This document shows positions 1 through 9,086 of a stretch of 32,000 nt of DNA, piece by piece. The stretch comes from Opitutales bacterium. Lineage in GTDB: Bacteria > Verrucomicrobiota > Verrucomicrobiia > Opitutales > Coraliomargaritaceae. The stretch is from contig JBMYVL010000003.1 in assembly GCA_049606355.1 (NCBI GenBank), positions 210,001 through 242,000 on the forward strand, written 5' to 3'. A program made the position numbers and the translations under genes. Every line of letters starts with the position of its first letter. Within the stretch, counting starts at the first letter, position 1. The notes beneath the pieces are model-generated. The model had not been told where the DNA came from. It ran no database searches and saw nothing but the letters and a program-made list of their open reading frames with translations.

Positions 1-148
1 CATCCAATGTCGTAAATGTTGGGCTGACACAGATGTCGACTGAGGACGTCCCACTGGCCAGATCAACAATGCCCTTGGCGAGTTGGGCGCCTTCCGTAGA
101 GGCGAGGTTCATCTTCCAGTTACCGGCAATGAGATAGTTGCGTGACAT
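1..148 (-). CDS. tpiA: Triosephosphate isomerase, N-terminal ~49 codons (partial, runs off the left edge)
   Basis: Reverse-strand ATG at 148-146. My translation is MSRNYLIAGNWKMNLASTEGAQLAKGIVDLASGTSSVDICVSPTFTTLD, which contains the TIM N-terminal AGNWKMN motif. It lies 45 nt downstream of the pgk stop, giving the classical gap-pgk-tpi order. It is too short to appear in the supplied ORF track. Confidence 0.85.
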   Translation of the reverse strand, partial: MSRNYLIAGNWKMNLASTEGAQLAKGIVDLASGTSSVDICVSPTFTTLD

Positions 149-193
149 AATAGTTTTGATTTTAGAATTACGATTTAAGAGAGAAGCAAGGAC

Positions 194-1387
194 TTAAGCT
201 GGATCCAGAGCAGTCACACCCGGAAGCTCCTTGCCTTCGAGAAACTCGAGGGAAGCGCCACCGCCAGTGCTCATGAAGGTAACCTTGTCGCTATAGCCGG
301 ACATTTTGATCGCCTTAACCGAATCGCCACCACCAATGATGGAGATTCCATCGGATTCGGCAATGGTCTCGGCGACGGCGAAGGTACCCTTATTGCAAGC
401 GTCAATTTCGAAGATTCCCATCGGGCCGTTCCATAAAACGGTCTTCGCTGCAGCGACTTCTGCCTTGAACAATTCTATACTCTTCGGGCCGATATCCACA
501 CCTTCCCAACCGTCCTCGATATTTCCTTCAAAGTATTGTGAGGCACCCACCGTGCCTGCACCGAAGTCGAGGTCTTGTACTGCGAGGTTGTCAGCGGGCA
601 GCAGAAACTTAACGCCCTTTTCCGCGGCTTTTTGTAGTGCCGCTTTAGCAGTCGGAATGAAATCGGGCTCACTGAGGGATTCGCCGACTTGACGCCCTTC
701 CGCCAGTGCAAAGGTGTAGGCCATTGCACCGCCGATGATAATGGTGTCGGCTTTTTCCAACAACGCATCAATTACCTTAATCTTATCCGAAACTTTAGCA
801 CCACCTAAGATAACTGTGAAAGGACGCTCCGGATTCGCTGTCTTATCGCCCAAGTAGGCCAATTCCTTTTCAATCAGAAAACCACACACGCAAGGCGACA
901 GGTGCTGCGCGACACCTGCAGTCGAGGCATGCGCACGGTGCGCGGTACCGAACGCATCATTGACAAATGCATCTGCAAGTTGAGCTAGAGCCGCGGCAAA
1001 CTCAGGGTCATTGTCAGTCTCACCCTTGTAGAAGCGAACATTCTCGAGCAACGCGATATCGCCCTCGCCCAGTTTCGCAACTTCGGCTTCCACTTCGGCA
1101 CCGATGCAATCCTCAATAAATGTAACGGGCTTACCGAGCTTGGCGGCTAAATCTTCCGCCACAGGAGACAGGCTGAAAGCTGCATTCTTCTCGCCCTTGG
1201 GACGGCCCAAGTGGCTGCAAAGAATGACCTTCGCTCCTTGCTCGACCAGGTGCTGAATCGTCGGCAACGCGGCAACGATGCGGGAATCGTCCGATACCGC
1301 ACCGTCCTTTAAGGGCACATTAAAGTCGCAGCGTACCAGTACGCGTTGACCCGCTAGATTTACGTCTTTGAGTGATTTAGTAGCCAT
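194..1387 (-). CDS. pgk: Phosphoglycerate kinase
   Basis: 397-aa ORF. It has the RVLVRCDFNVPL and SHLGRPKG N-domain motifs and the GGGDS / STGGGASLEFLEGK C-domain motifs typical of PGK. Length is typical for the family. Confidence 0.97.
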   Translation of the reverse strand: MATKSLKDVNLAGQRVLVRCDFNVPLKDGAVSDDSRIVAALPTIQHLVEQGAKVILCSHLGRPKGEKNAAFSLSPVAEDLAAKLGKPVTFIEDCIGAEVEAEVAKLGEGDIALLENVRFYKGETDNDPEFAAALAQLADAFVNDAFGTAHRAHASTAGVAQHLSPCVCGFLIEKELAYLGDKTANPERPFTVILGGAKVSDKIKVIDALLEKADTIIIGGAMAYTFALAEGRQVGESLSEPDFIPTAKAALQKAAEKGVKFLLPADNLAVQDLDFGAGTVGASQYFEGNIEDGWEGVDIGPKSIELFKAEVAAAKTVLWNGPMGIFEIDACNKGTFAVAETIAESDGISIIGGGDSVKAIKMSGYSDKVTFMSTGGGASLEFLEGKELPGVTALDPA

Positions 1388-1488
1388 ATGCTTCGTGTAT
1401 GAATTGAATTGTTGGATTTAAACTAGATAAGGTCACGAACTGCCATGATCGGCGGAATCGTGTTGGGTGCGCGCCGCAGTACTTCAAT

Positions 1489-1540
1489 AAAAAGGCCGCC
1501 GCGATCAGTGAATCCTGTAAGGGATACTGCCGCGACGGCC
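1489..1540 (-). terminator. Terminator/attenuator-like hairpin between gap and pgk
   Basis: On the minus strand, GGCCGTCGCG (1540-1531) pairs with CGCGGCGGCC (1503-1494). That is a 10-bp GC-rich stem with one G-U pair. The loop is about 27 nt and contains its own small stem (ATCC/GGAT). A TTTTT run (1493-1489) follows directly. The structure lies in the 183-nt gap-pgk spacer. Confidence 0.45.
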
Positions 1541-1570
1541 CTAAAAATCAATCAGTTGTTACCGAGATCC

Positions 1571-2659
<1,089 letters not shown>

Positions 2660-2819
2660 TTAAAGCCATGGCAAGCGTTATCGAGTCAATCCATGCAATT
2701 ACCCCATAGCAAACATTACCTAATAGCAACCTGTCAAACTATTAGATAAACTTCAGGCGCGACCGTCCCCTGACTGCCCTTGGAGCGGTACGGTGGCGCG
2801 TTCGATTCGGCGAAATCCC

Positions 2820-2848
2820 TTGACAGTATCGCAGTATCGCGCGTGATT
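2820..2848 (+). promoter_or_regulatory. Candidate sigma70-type promoter for the desaturase gene, overlapping a tandem 8-mer
   Basis: TTGACA (2820-2825), a 17-nt spacer, then GTGATT (2843-2848, a weak -10). The spacer contains a perfect tandem repeat, CAGTATCG CAGTATCG (2824-2839). It sits about 120 nt upstream of the ATG at 2966. This is pattern matching only. Confidence 0.25.
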
Positions 2849-2965
2849 GCCGATGGACATGTGAACATAGCTACACATTGTAAGGCCTCTGTCACTCAAC
2901 CGATCCAACTCTTTCACATTGATGCGTGGTACCCTAAAGGGTGATCACCACAACCCGTAACTGTT

Positions 2966-4075
2966 ATGAAAATTAAGAACTGGGACATGTTCGCCTTCGT
3001 TATTGTCTACCACTTATTATTGGTGGCACTCCTGCCTGCATTCATTGGTGTCTTTTCCTGGGCAGCAGTTTGGCTCTTCTTAGTCACCTACATTATGGGT
3101 GGCATGGCGATCACCGTCGGTTACCACCGCCTGTATGCGCACAAAGCCTATTCGGCGAATCCGTTTTTTGAATGGTGTATTTTACTGACCTCCGCGCTTT
3201 CGTTTGAGATGTCTGCACTCATGTGGTCGCATGATCATCGCATTCACCACAATCATGTGGATACCGAGCGCGACCCCTACTCGATCAAGAAAGGTTTCTG
3301 GTATGCCCACGTCTTATGGCTGTTTGACTATAAGCGCGACTACGACGCCAGTCTTGTTGCCGACTTGCTGAAAAATCCACGTGTGGTGCTGCAAGACAAA
3401 TACTACCCGCATTTTCTAATTGGCGTAAACCTGGTGGTCTTCCTGTTTGGATGGTGGTTTACCGGTAGTGCCTTGGCCTCCTTCTATATGGGCTTTCTTG
3501 CCCGCATGGCGATGGTGCATCACTGCACATGGTTCATCAACTCGCTGTGCCACACCTATGGCGCAAAAACCTATGCCCGTGAACTCTCGGCCGTGGACAA
3601 TGCAGTCATGGCAGTTTTGACCTTCGGCGAAGGGTACCACAACTACCATCACGCGTTTGCCGCAGACTACCGCAACGGTGTTCGCTGGTATCACTTCGAC
3701 CCGTCTAAATGGACGATCTGGCTCGCCGCAAAGCTCGGTCTCGTCAGCAAGCTGCGCTCGATCAACACCATTACAGTGCAAAAATCGTTGGTACTTAAGG
3801 ACAAAAAATTGATCCTCGATCACTTGAGCCATGAAGTGGACGAGTTAGCTACCGAGTTCAAACACAAGCTGGAAGAAGTTGCAGATGTCTTTGAAGACAA
3901 AGCGGCGACACTGATGCAAAAAGCGCGGGAACTCAAACTCGCCAGCGACGAGCAGCGCAGTCACTTACAAAAAGAGATAAAAGAACTGCGTGCCTCGTTG
4001 AAAATAACGTGGAATGAGTGGGTGGCATTAACCCGCCATGCAACGCAGCATTACGAACTCGCTCACTCACACTGA
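2966..4075 (+). CDS. Membrane fatty-acid (acyl-CoA/acyl-lipid) delta-9-type desaturase with a C-terminal coiled-coil-like tail
   Basis: 369-aa ORF. The hydrophobic N-terminus has two predicted TM pairs. The three histidine boxes of the membrane desaturase family are present: HRLYAH, HDHRIHH and HNYHH. The last ~95 aa are charged heptad-like sequence. Confidence 0.9.
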   Translation: MKIKNWDMFAFVIVYHLLLVALLPAFIGVFSWAAVWLFLVTYIMGGMAITVGYHRLYAHKAYSANPFFEWCILLTSALSFEMSALMWSHDHRIHHNHVDTERDPYSIKKGFWYAHVLWLFDYKRDYDASLVADLLKNPRVVLQDKYYPHFLIGVNLVVFLFGWWFTGSALASFYMGFLARMAMVHHCTWFINSLCHTYGAKTYARELSAVDNAVMAVLTFGEGYHNYHHAFAADYRNGVRWYHFDPSKWTIWLAAKLGLVSKLRSINTITVQKSLVLKDKKLILDHLSHEVDELATEFKHKLEEVADVFEDKAATLMQKARELKLASDEQRSHLQKEIKELRASLKITWNEWVALTRHATQHYELAHSH

Positions 4076-4102
4076 TACAGTGCACCGAGTGCCACCCCAA
4101 CA

Positions 4103-4131
4103 GAGCCGGATCCATGTGGAACCGGCTTTTT
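4103..4131 (+). terminator. Rho-independent terminator after the desaturase gene
   Basis: AGCCGG (4104-4109) pairs with CCGGCT (4122-4127). After one mismatch there are three more inner pairs (TCC/GGA) and a 4-nt loop (ATGT). A T-run follows to 4131. The structure starts 28 nt after the stop codon. Confidence 0.5.
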
Positions 4132-4212
4132 CATATGCACTTGACTCACCTAAGACCCATTTCATCTTCACTTCAAAATGCGATTTAAACGCACTTAATT
4201 GGCACTCTTTCC

Positions 4213-5415
4213 ATGCCCTCCCAAAAATCAAACTCGTCGCATTCATCCGGCAAAACGAGCTCGCTAGGGTTGTCCGCGGCCACCGACACGCTGGAACTCC
4301 TTGCGGTCTCTTCCGTACAATTTCAAGCTCGTTGGTCGCTAGCTGCAGAAACCTTAAGCAAAGGGAGTGCGATCACTGCTGCCAGCGTCGAGTCCGCACA
4401 CTTACTACTGCGCGTTTACTCACTGTCCGCCAGCGCTGATAGCGATACACTCTCCAACGATTGGCATGATTTTTCGATCGAGGGCATTACGAATTCTGGC
4501 TATTTCAATCTGCCGGTTCCCACGGCAAAGATCAATGCAGCGCTGGGCCTGATGGACAACGAGGGTCGATTCAGCCCACTTGTACGCGCACAATCGATTG
4601 CCCTCCCCGCGGCGGCACCGAGCTCATCCAAAGACTCCAGCGAAGCGACACTGGAGAAGCGCCTTGAGGCATTGTCAGGACTACCGCCTGCCTTTAAGCG
4701 TCCAACACAGGAATACTTAGCTGCCGTGGCTGCCAAGGAATCCTCGAGTGAGCCTCATAGCGACGACGCAAAGATGCGTGAGGCCTTGGAGCAACTCCCT
4801 GCCACACCTGCTCTGGATCCCGCCACCATTTTGGAAGCGGTGCGGCAAACTATAGCCGAGCACCCGCATCCAGACATGACGGCAGGCAGAGGTAAGGAGA
4901 AGGAGGGCCCGAAAGAGCCCCCCAGGCGGGTTGCACGCAAGCAAAGCCCCGCCCCCCAAGCGGTAGCGCAACTCGCCAGCCAATGGGAAACCGTTTGGTC
5001 GGATACCGCATCGATCGAAGTGCACGCTGAATTTATCCTTAACGGCAAGATTGGCCCTGAAATGAAACTGCTGTTGGGCAATGAAATCATTCAGCCCGCA
5101 GCCGATGGGGTCTTTACTTGGAAGCAAACTTTGCACGCGTTTCACGAGGCTTGGCCCTTAATCCAAGCAGCGATGCAAACACCAGTGGTACCCGCGGGAC
5201 CTTCGCTTGAATTTTTCAAAACGGTGACCCCCGACCAGCGCGTGCTGGAATTACACAGTGCGCTGCAGATCGAAGGTCGAGTGACGAACCCTGATTATTT
5301 AGATCGACTGCCCGTTGGACTCAAGCCTGACGCAAACGGACATTTCCGACTCTCACGCAGCTTACCTGAAGGCGCAGTCATCCTGCCGGGACTTTCCCTC
5401 GTCGCTGGTGGCTAA
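4213..5415 (+). CDS. Hypothetical protein, DUF4912-like N-terminal domain; first gene of the alpha-glucan operon
   Basis: 400-aa ORF ending 15 nt before the GH57 branching-enzyme ATG. The N-terminal ~130 aa (LLLRVYSLS...WHDFSIEG...GYFNLPVP...AALGLMDNEGRFSPLVRAQSIALP) fit my recollection of the DUF4912 signature. A Ser/Pro/Ala/Glu-rich linker follows, then a C-terminal region with two similar segments. The family call is from memory and was not searched. Confidence 0.7.
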   Translation: MPSQKSNSSHSSGKTSSLGLSAATDTLELLAVSSVQFQARWSLAAETLSKGSAITAASVESAHLLLRVYSLSASADSDTLSNDWHDFSIEGITNSGYFNLPVPTAKINAALGLMDNEGRFSPLVRAQSIALPAAAPSSSKDSSEATLEKRLEALSGLPPAFKRPTQEYLAAVAAKESSSEPHSDDAKMREALEQLPATPALDPATILEAVRQTIAEHPHPDMTAGRGKEKEGPKEPPRRVARKQSPAPQAVAQLASQWETVWSDTASIEVHAEFILNGKIGPEMKLLLGNEIIQPAADGVFTWKQTLHAFHEAWPLIQAAMQTPVVPAGPSLEFFKTVTPDQRVLELHSALQIEGRVTNPDYLDRLPVGLKPDANGHFRLSRSLPEGAVILPGLSLVAGG

Positions 5416-5430
5416 CTTCGTGACACATCC

Positions 5431-7008
5431 ATGCACTCTGCGAACGTAGGTCAACCGACTCCACCACGTATCGTATCGTTCCTGCTCCACGCACACCTTC
5501 CTTACGGACTTCGCGTGGATCAAACAACCTCATTGGAGCAGGCATGGTTGTGCGAGGCAGTTACCGAAAGCTACTTGCCCCTGCTATCAATGCTGCAACG
5601 CCTTGGTGGCGCCAACGCGCGCCCATGGCTCACGCTGTCATTATCCCCGACTTTACTTGAGCTGTGGCGCCATCCCGAGTTTACCGGACGCTACGAGCAG
5701 CATCTCGCTGAGGGCATGCGCGTAATCGATCGTGAAATCAATAACTACAAGCACTCTGCTGAACGGCGGCAGCGAGCGAACGACCTGAAACGGCATTGGT
5801 TGTCGGCAGCAGACTCCTTCGCCGCGATCAACGGTGATTTGGTCCGAGCATTCACTCAACTGGCTAAACGCGGGGTCATTGAGCTGATCACCACAACCGC
5901 CACACACGCGTTTCTGCCCGCCTTACAGAACAACCCAAGGCTTCGCCACCTACAACTCGACAACGGCATACAAAGTTTTCGGCAGCATACCGGGATCCAT
6001 CCTAAAGGGTTTTGGTTACCTGAGTGTGGTTACTATCCGGAATTGGAAATCGATTTAGCTAAGTATGGCGTAGGTTATTTTGGTTTAGAGTCCATCGGCC
6101 TCACTGCTGCCAGTCCTGCTAGCAACTGCCGTCGCCCCCTCCAATGTGAGAATGGCTTGCTCGCTTTGGGGCGGGATGCCGAGCTGTCCGGCAGGGTATG
6201 GCAGGCGCGCACGGGATACCCAGGCCATGTCAACTATCGCGAATTCCACTGCGATGGCATTCACGATATAGCAGCGGATGCGTGCGGTCCGTTTGCGTCC
6301 ATCGACGGCACTCGCTTGCCACTCGGCTTAAAGTATTGGCGCGTCACCGGTACGAAAAACAAGCAGTGGTATGATCCGCAGCGCGCGCAAGAGCAGGTTC
6401 AGGATGATGCGCAGGATTTCGTCGAGGCGCTTTCCCAGACTGAAACCGGTATCATTTTTCTACCGTTTGATGCCGAACTCTTTGGCCATTGGTGGTATGA
6501 AGGTCCGCAGTGGTTGGAAAAAGTGCTGCGCATGACGCAGCAACTCCCTGCGACTCAGGTCGCCTGTGCGTCGGACGCAAGTCAAGCCGATCCCAACACC
6601 TGGAGCGGACAACCGGCGGCTTCCTCATGGGGGCATCATATGGATTATTCATTTTGGATTAATGCGGAAACCGATTGGATTTACCCACAGCTACAGTCGG
6701 CTTCGCTCGCCCTGGAGAAACTTCACCAACAGTATGTACAGAGCAATCGGTCCAACCCACTTCAGTACCAAGCCCTCGAGCAAGCCGGTCGCGAACTACT
6801 CCTAGCGAGTGCCTCCGATTGGCCTTTTATGATCCGCGCGAACACCACAGCTGATTACGGCAGGCAACGCTTACAGGAACACTTCGAGCGGCTCCAAATG
6901 CTGCTCCGGTCGCTCCACAATGAGAAGTATGATGCCAAAGAAATCCAGCAGCTGCGACGTAGCTATCCCGCCTTTGATAAAATTTCTTTTAAAGCCTACG
7001 CACCCTAA
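5431..7008 (+). CDS. GH57-family 1,4-alpha-glucan branching enzyme (DUF1957-type)
   Basis: 525-aa ORF. GH57 conserved regions are present: FLLHAHLPYG (region I), TTATHAFLP, WLPECGY (nucleophile Glu) and FDAELFGHWWYEGPQWL (acid/base Asp). Size and motifs match the Thermus/Thermococcus-type GH57 branching enzymes. Confidence 0.9.
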   Translation: MHSANVGQPTPPRIVSFLLHAHLPYGLRVDQTTSLEQAWLCEAVTESYLPLLSMLQRLGGANARPWLTLSLSPTLLELWRHPEFTGRYEQHLAEGMRVIDREINNYKHSAERRQRANDLKRHWLSAADSFAAINGDLVRAFTQLAKRGVIELITTTATHAFLPALQNNPRLRHLQLDNGIQSFRQHTGIHPKGFWLPECGYYPELEIDLAKYGVGYFGLESIGLTAASPASNCRRPLQCENGLLALGRDAELSGRVWQARTGYPGHVNYREFHCDGIHDIAADACGPFASIDGTRLPLGLKYWRVTGTKNKQWYDPQRAQEQVQDDAQDFVEALSQTETGIIFLPFDAELFGHWWYEGPQWLEKVLRMTQQLPATQVACASDASQADPNTWSGQPAASSWGHHMDYSFWINAETDWIYPQLQSASLALEKLHQQYVQSNRSNPLQYQALEQAGRELLLASASDWPFMIRANTTADYGRQRLQEHFERLQMLLRSLHNEKYDAKEIQQLRRSYPAFDKISFKAYAP

Positions 7009-7053
7009 GTCTAAACACTTTACTTAAAGGACGTTTCGAATAAGCACTCAACA

Positions 7054-8937
7054 ATGGCTAAATCATCCTCTAAAGGTTCCTCCAAGGCGCGAAAGGCACG
7101 TGCGCGCAAGAGTGCGTCCGCACAGGGCACTACGGCACACAAGCCCAAGCCAGTGAGCGCATCCGGTACGAACGGCTCGACTAAGGATCGCCCGATCCAA
7201 CAGAACAAACCGGCACCTCAAGAGAAGGCTTCCGTCAAAAAGGCTGCAAAAAAAGCTCCAGCCAAGCGCCCCTCCAAGCAACTCCCATCAAGCCCATCAA
7301 AGCTCATTGATGACCTGTCGGCGACTACCGAACGCACCTATGAACATGAGCGAGAAGGACAAAGCAAGGAAGCGACAGCCATCGCTGCAGACCCAGTAGA
7401 GGAAGTCGCGGCGGCGGTCCACACCCCTCTGCATACGGTATTCTTACACGATGATGTGCCTAGCATGAATATCGTACACATCGCACCGGAGATGGCTCCT
7501 GTCTCTAAAGTTGGCGGCCTTGCGGACGTTGTCTTTGGGCTCACCCATGAATTAGCCATCCGTGGCAACGCCGTTGAGATCATCCTACCGAAGTATGATA
7601 ATATGCGCTACGACCACATTTATGGTCTCACCGTCGCCTACAAAGACCTCTGGGTACCGTGGTATGACGGAGCCATCAATTGCACGGTCCACTTCGGTTT
7701 CGTGCATGATCGTAAGTGTTTTTTTATTGAGCCCCACTCCAATGATAACTTCTTCAATCGCGGCACCTATTATGGCGAAGCCGACGATGTCTCACGCTTT
7801 GCCTTCTTCTCGAGGGCAGCGATGGAATTCCTGCTTCAATCCGGCAAACGACCCGACATTATTCATTGTCACGACTGGCACACCGGCCTCGTACCCGTGT
7901 TTCAATGGGAAATCTATCAGCATCTCGGTTTAGGGCAAAGCCGCATCTGCTACACGATCCACAATTTCAAACATCAAGGCGTCTGCGGTGGCGAGTTACT
8001 CACCGCCACTGGCCTCAATCGACCCGAGTACTACTTTGATTCCACCCGTCTCGGTGATGACACACACAGGGGCGCGCTCAACTTAATGAAGGGCGGCATC
8101 GTCTATTCCAATTTTGTCACGACGGTCTCCCCGACCCACGCGGGTGAAGCCAGAGATCAAGGGCAAGGCTTCGGCCTCGAACCCACCTTGCAAACCCATG
8201 CTGCAAAATATGGCGGTATCCTTAACGGTATCGACTACGATGCATGGAACCCGCAAAGCGATCCGTTCATACCCTCTCACTACTCAAGCCAAACAGTGGA
8301 TGCCAAGTATGCAAACAAGCGTGCCTTACGTGAACGTTTCCTCCTCGCAGACAATGACAAACCGATCATCGCCCACATCGGACGACTGGATCCACAGAAG
8401 GGGCTCGAATTGGTGCGCCATTCGATTTTTTACTGCGTCAATCATGGCGCACAGTTTGTCCTGCTTGGCAGCAGTCCGGAGCCATCCATCAACGCGTATT
8501 TCTGGCACCTCAAGGAGGAGGTGAACGAGAACCCCGACTGCCATTTGGAAATCGGCTTCGACGAAGAGTTAGCCCATTTGATCTATGCAGGCGCAGACAT
8601 GATGCTGGTACCCAGCCGTTTTGAGCCCTGTGGCCTCACTCAGCTGATTGCGATGCGCTACGGCACAGTCCCTGTGGTGCGCTCAGTGGGGGGTCTTGCC
8701 GACACAGTATTTGACAAAGATTACAGCGACAAAGAGCTGGCTGAACGTAATGGCTACGTGTTCCACAACGATGATCATGCCGGAGTCGAAAGTGCACTGG
8801 CACGCTCCATCAGTTGCTATTACCAATACCCGCAACACTTTCGGCATCTCCTGTTGAACGCGATGCAAAGCGACAACTCATGGAATGTCCCAGGGCAGCA
8901 TTACTTGAATATCTATAACCATATTCGCCACAAATAG
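7054..8937 (+). CDS. glgA: Glycogen/starch synthase (GT5) with a 137-aa Lys/Ala/Ser/Pro-rich N-terminal extension
   Basis: 627-aa ORF. The catalytic core starts at MNIVHIAPEMAPVSKVGGLADVV (KxGGL motif) at codon 138. The C-terminal PSRFEPCGLTQLIAMRYGTVPVVRSVGGLADTV motif is present. The frame stays open for 137 codons upstream of the canonical core, back to the ATG at 7054. Confidence 0.93.
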   Translation: MAKSSSKGSSKARKARARKSASAQGTTAHKPKPVSASGTNGSTKDRPIQQNKPAPQEKASVKKAAKKAPAKRPSKQLPSSPSKLIDDLSATTERTYEHEREGQSKEATAIAADPVEEVAAAVHTPLHTVFLHDDVPSMNIVHIAPEMAPVSKVGGLADVVFGLTHELAIRGNAVEIILPKYDNMRYDHIYGLTVAYKDLWVPWYDGAINCTVHFGFVHDRKCFFIEPHSNDNFFNRGTYYGEADDVSRFAFFSRAAMEFLLQSGKRPDIIHCHDWHTGLVPVFQWEIYQHLGLGQSRICYTIHNFKHQGVCGGELLTATGLNRPEYYFDSTRLGDDTHRGALNLMKGGIVYSNFVTTVSPTHAGEARDQGQGFGLEPTLQTHAAKYGGILNGIDYDAWNPQSDPFIPSHYSSQTVDAKYANKRALRERFLLADNDKPIIAHIGRLDPQKGLELVRHSIFYCVNHGAQFVLLGSSPEPSINAYFWHLKEEVNENPDCHLEIGFDEELAHLIYAGADMMLVPSRFEPCGLTQLIAMRYGTVPVVRSVGGLADTVFDKDYSDKELAERNGYVFHNDDHAGVESALARSISCYYQYPQHFRHLLLNAMQSDNSWNVPGQHYLNIYNHIRHK

Positions 8938-9086
8938 GCGGCGGTGGCGACTGGATCCACAATCAGGTTCTCGCAGTGAAACTACCGACGCTGCTACAAA
9001 GTTGGTATCTATACAGCTTCAAGCTGGTATTCGCCGAAAAACTGCTGTCCCTTGTCACCAATCGAGCAAGACACGCTCCCCAAGTT

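Noticed and set aside
7054-7464. Possibility that the basic region upstream of glgA is a separate small gene
   Set aside because: There is no stop codon between the ATG at 7054 and the GlgA core. It is a single continuous frame, so I report it as an N-terminal extension. Use of the internal ATG at 7465 remains an open question.
8976-9086. 37-codon N-terminal extension of the pullulanase-type ORF from a GTG
   Set aside because: The extension (KLPTLLQSWYLYSFKLVFAEK...) is not signal-peptide-like or domain-like, and the first ATG at 9087 is a simpler start. I cannot exclude it, so the start is flagged as uncertain rather than the feature dropped.
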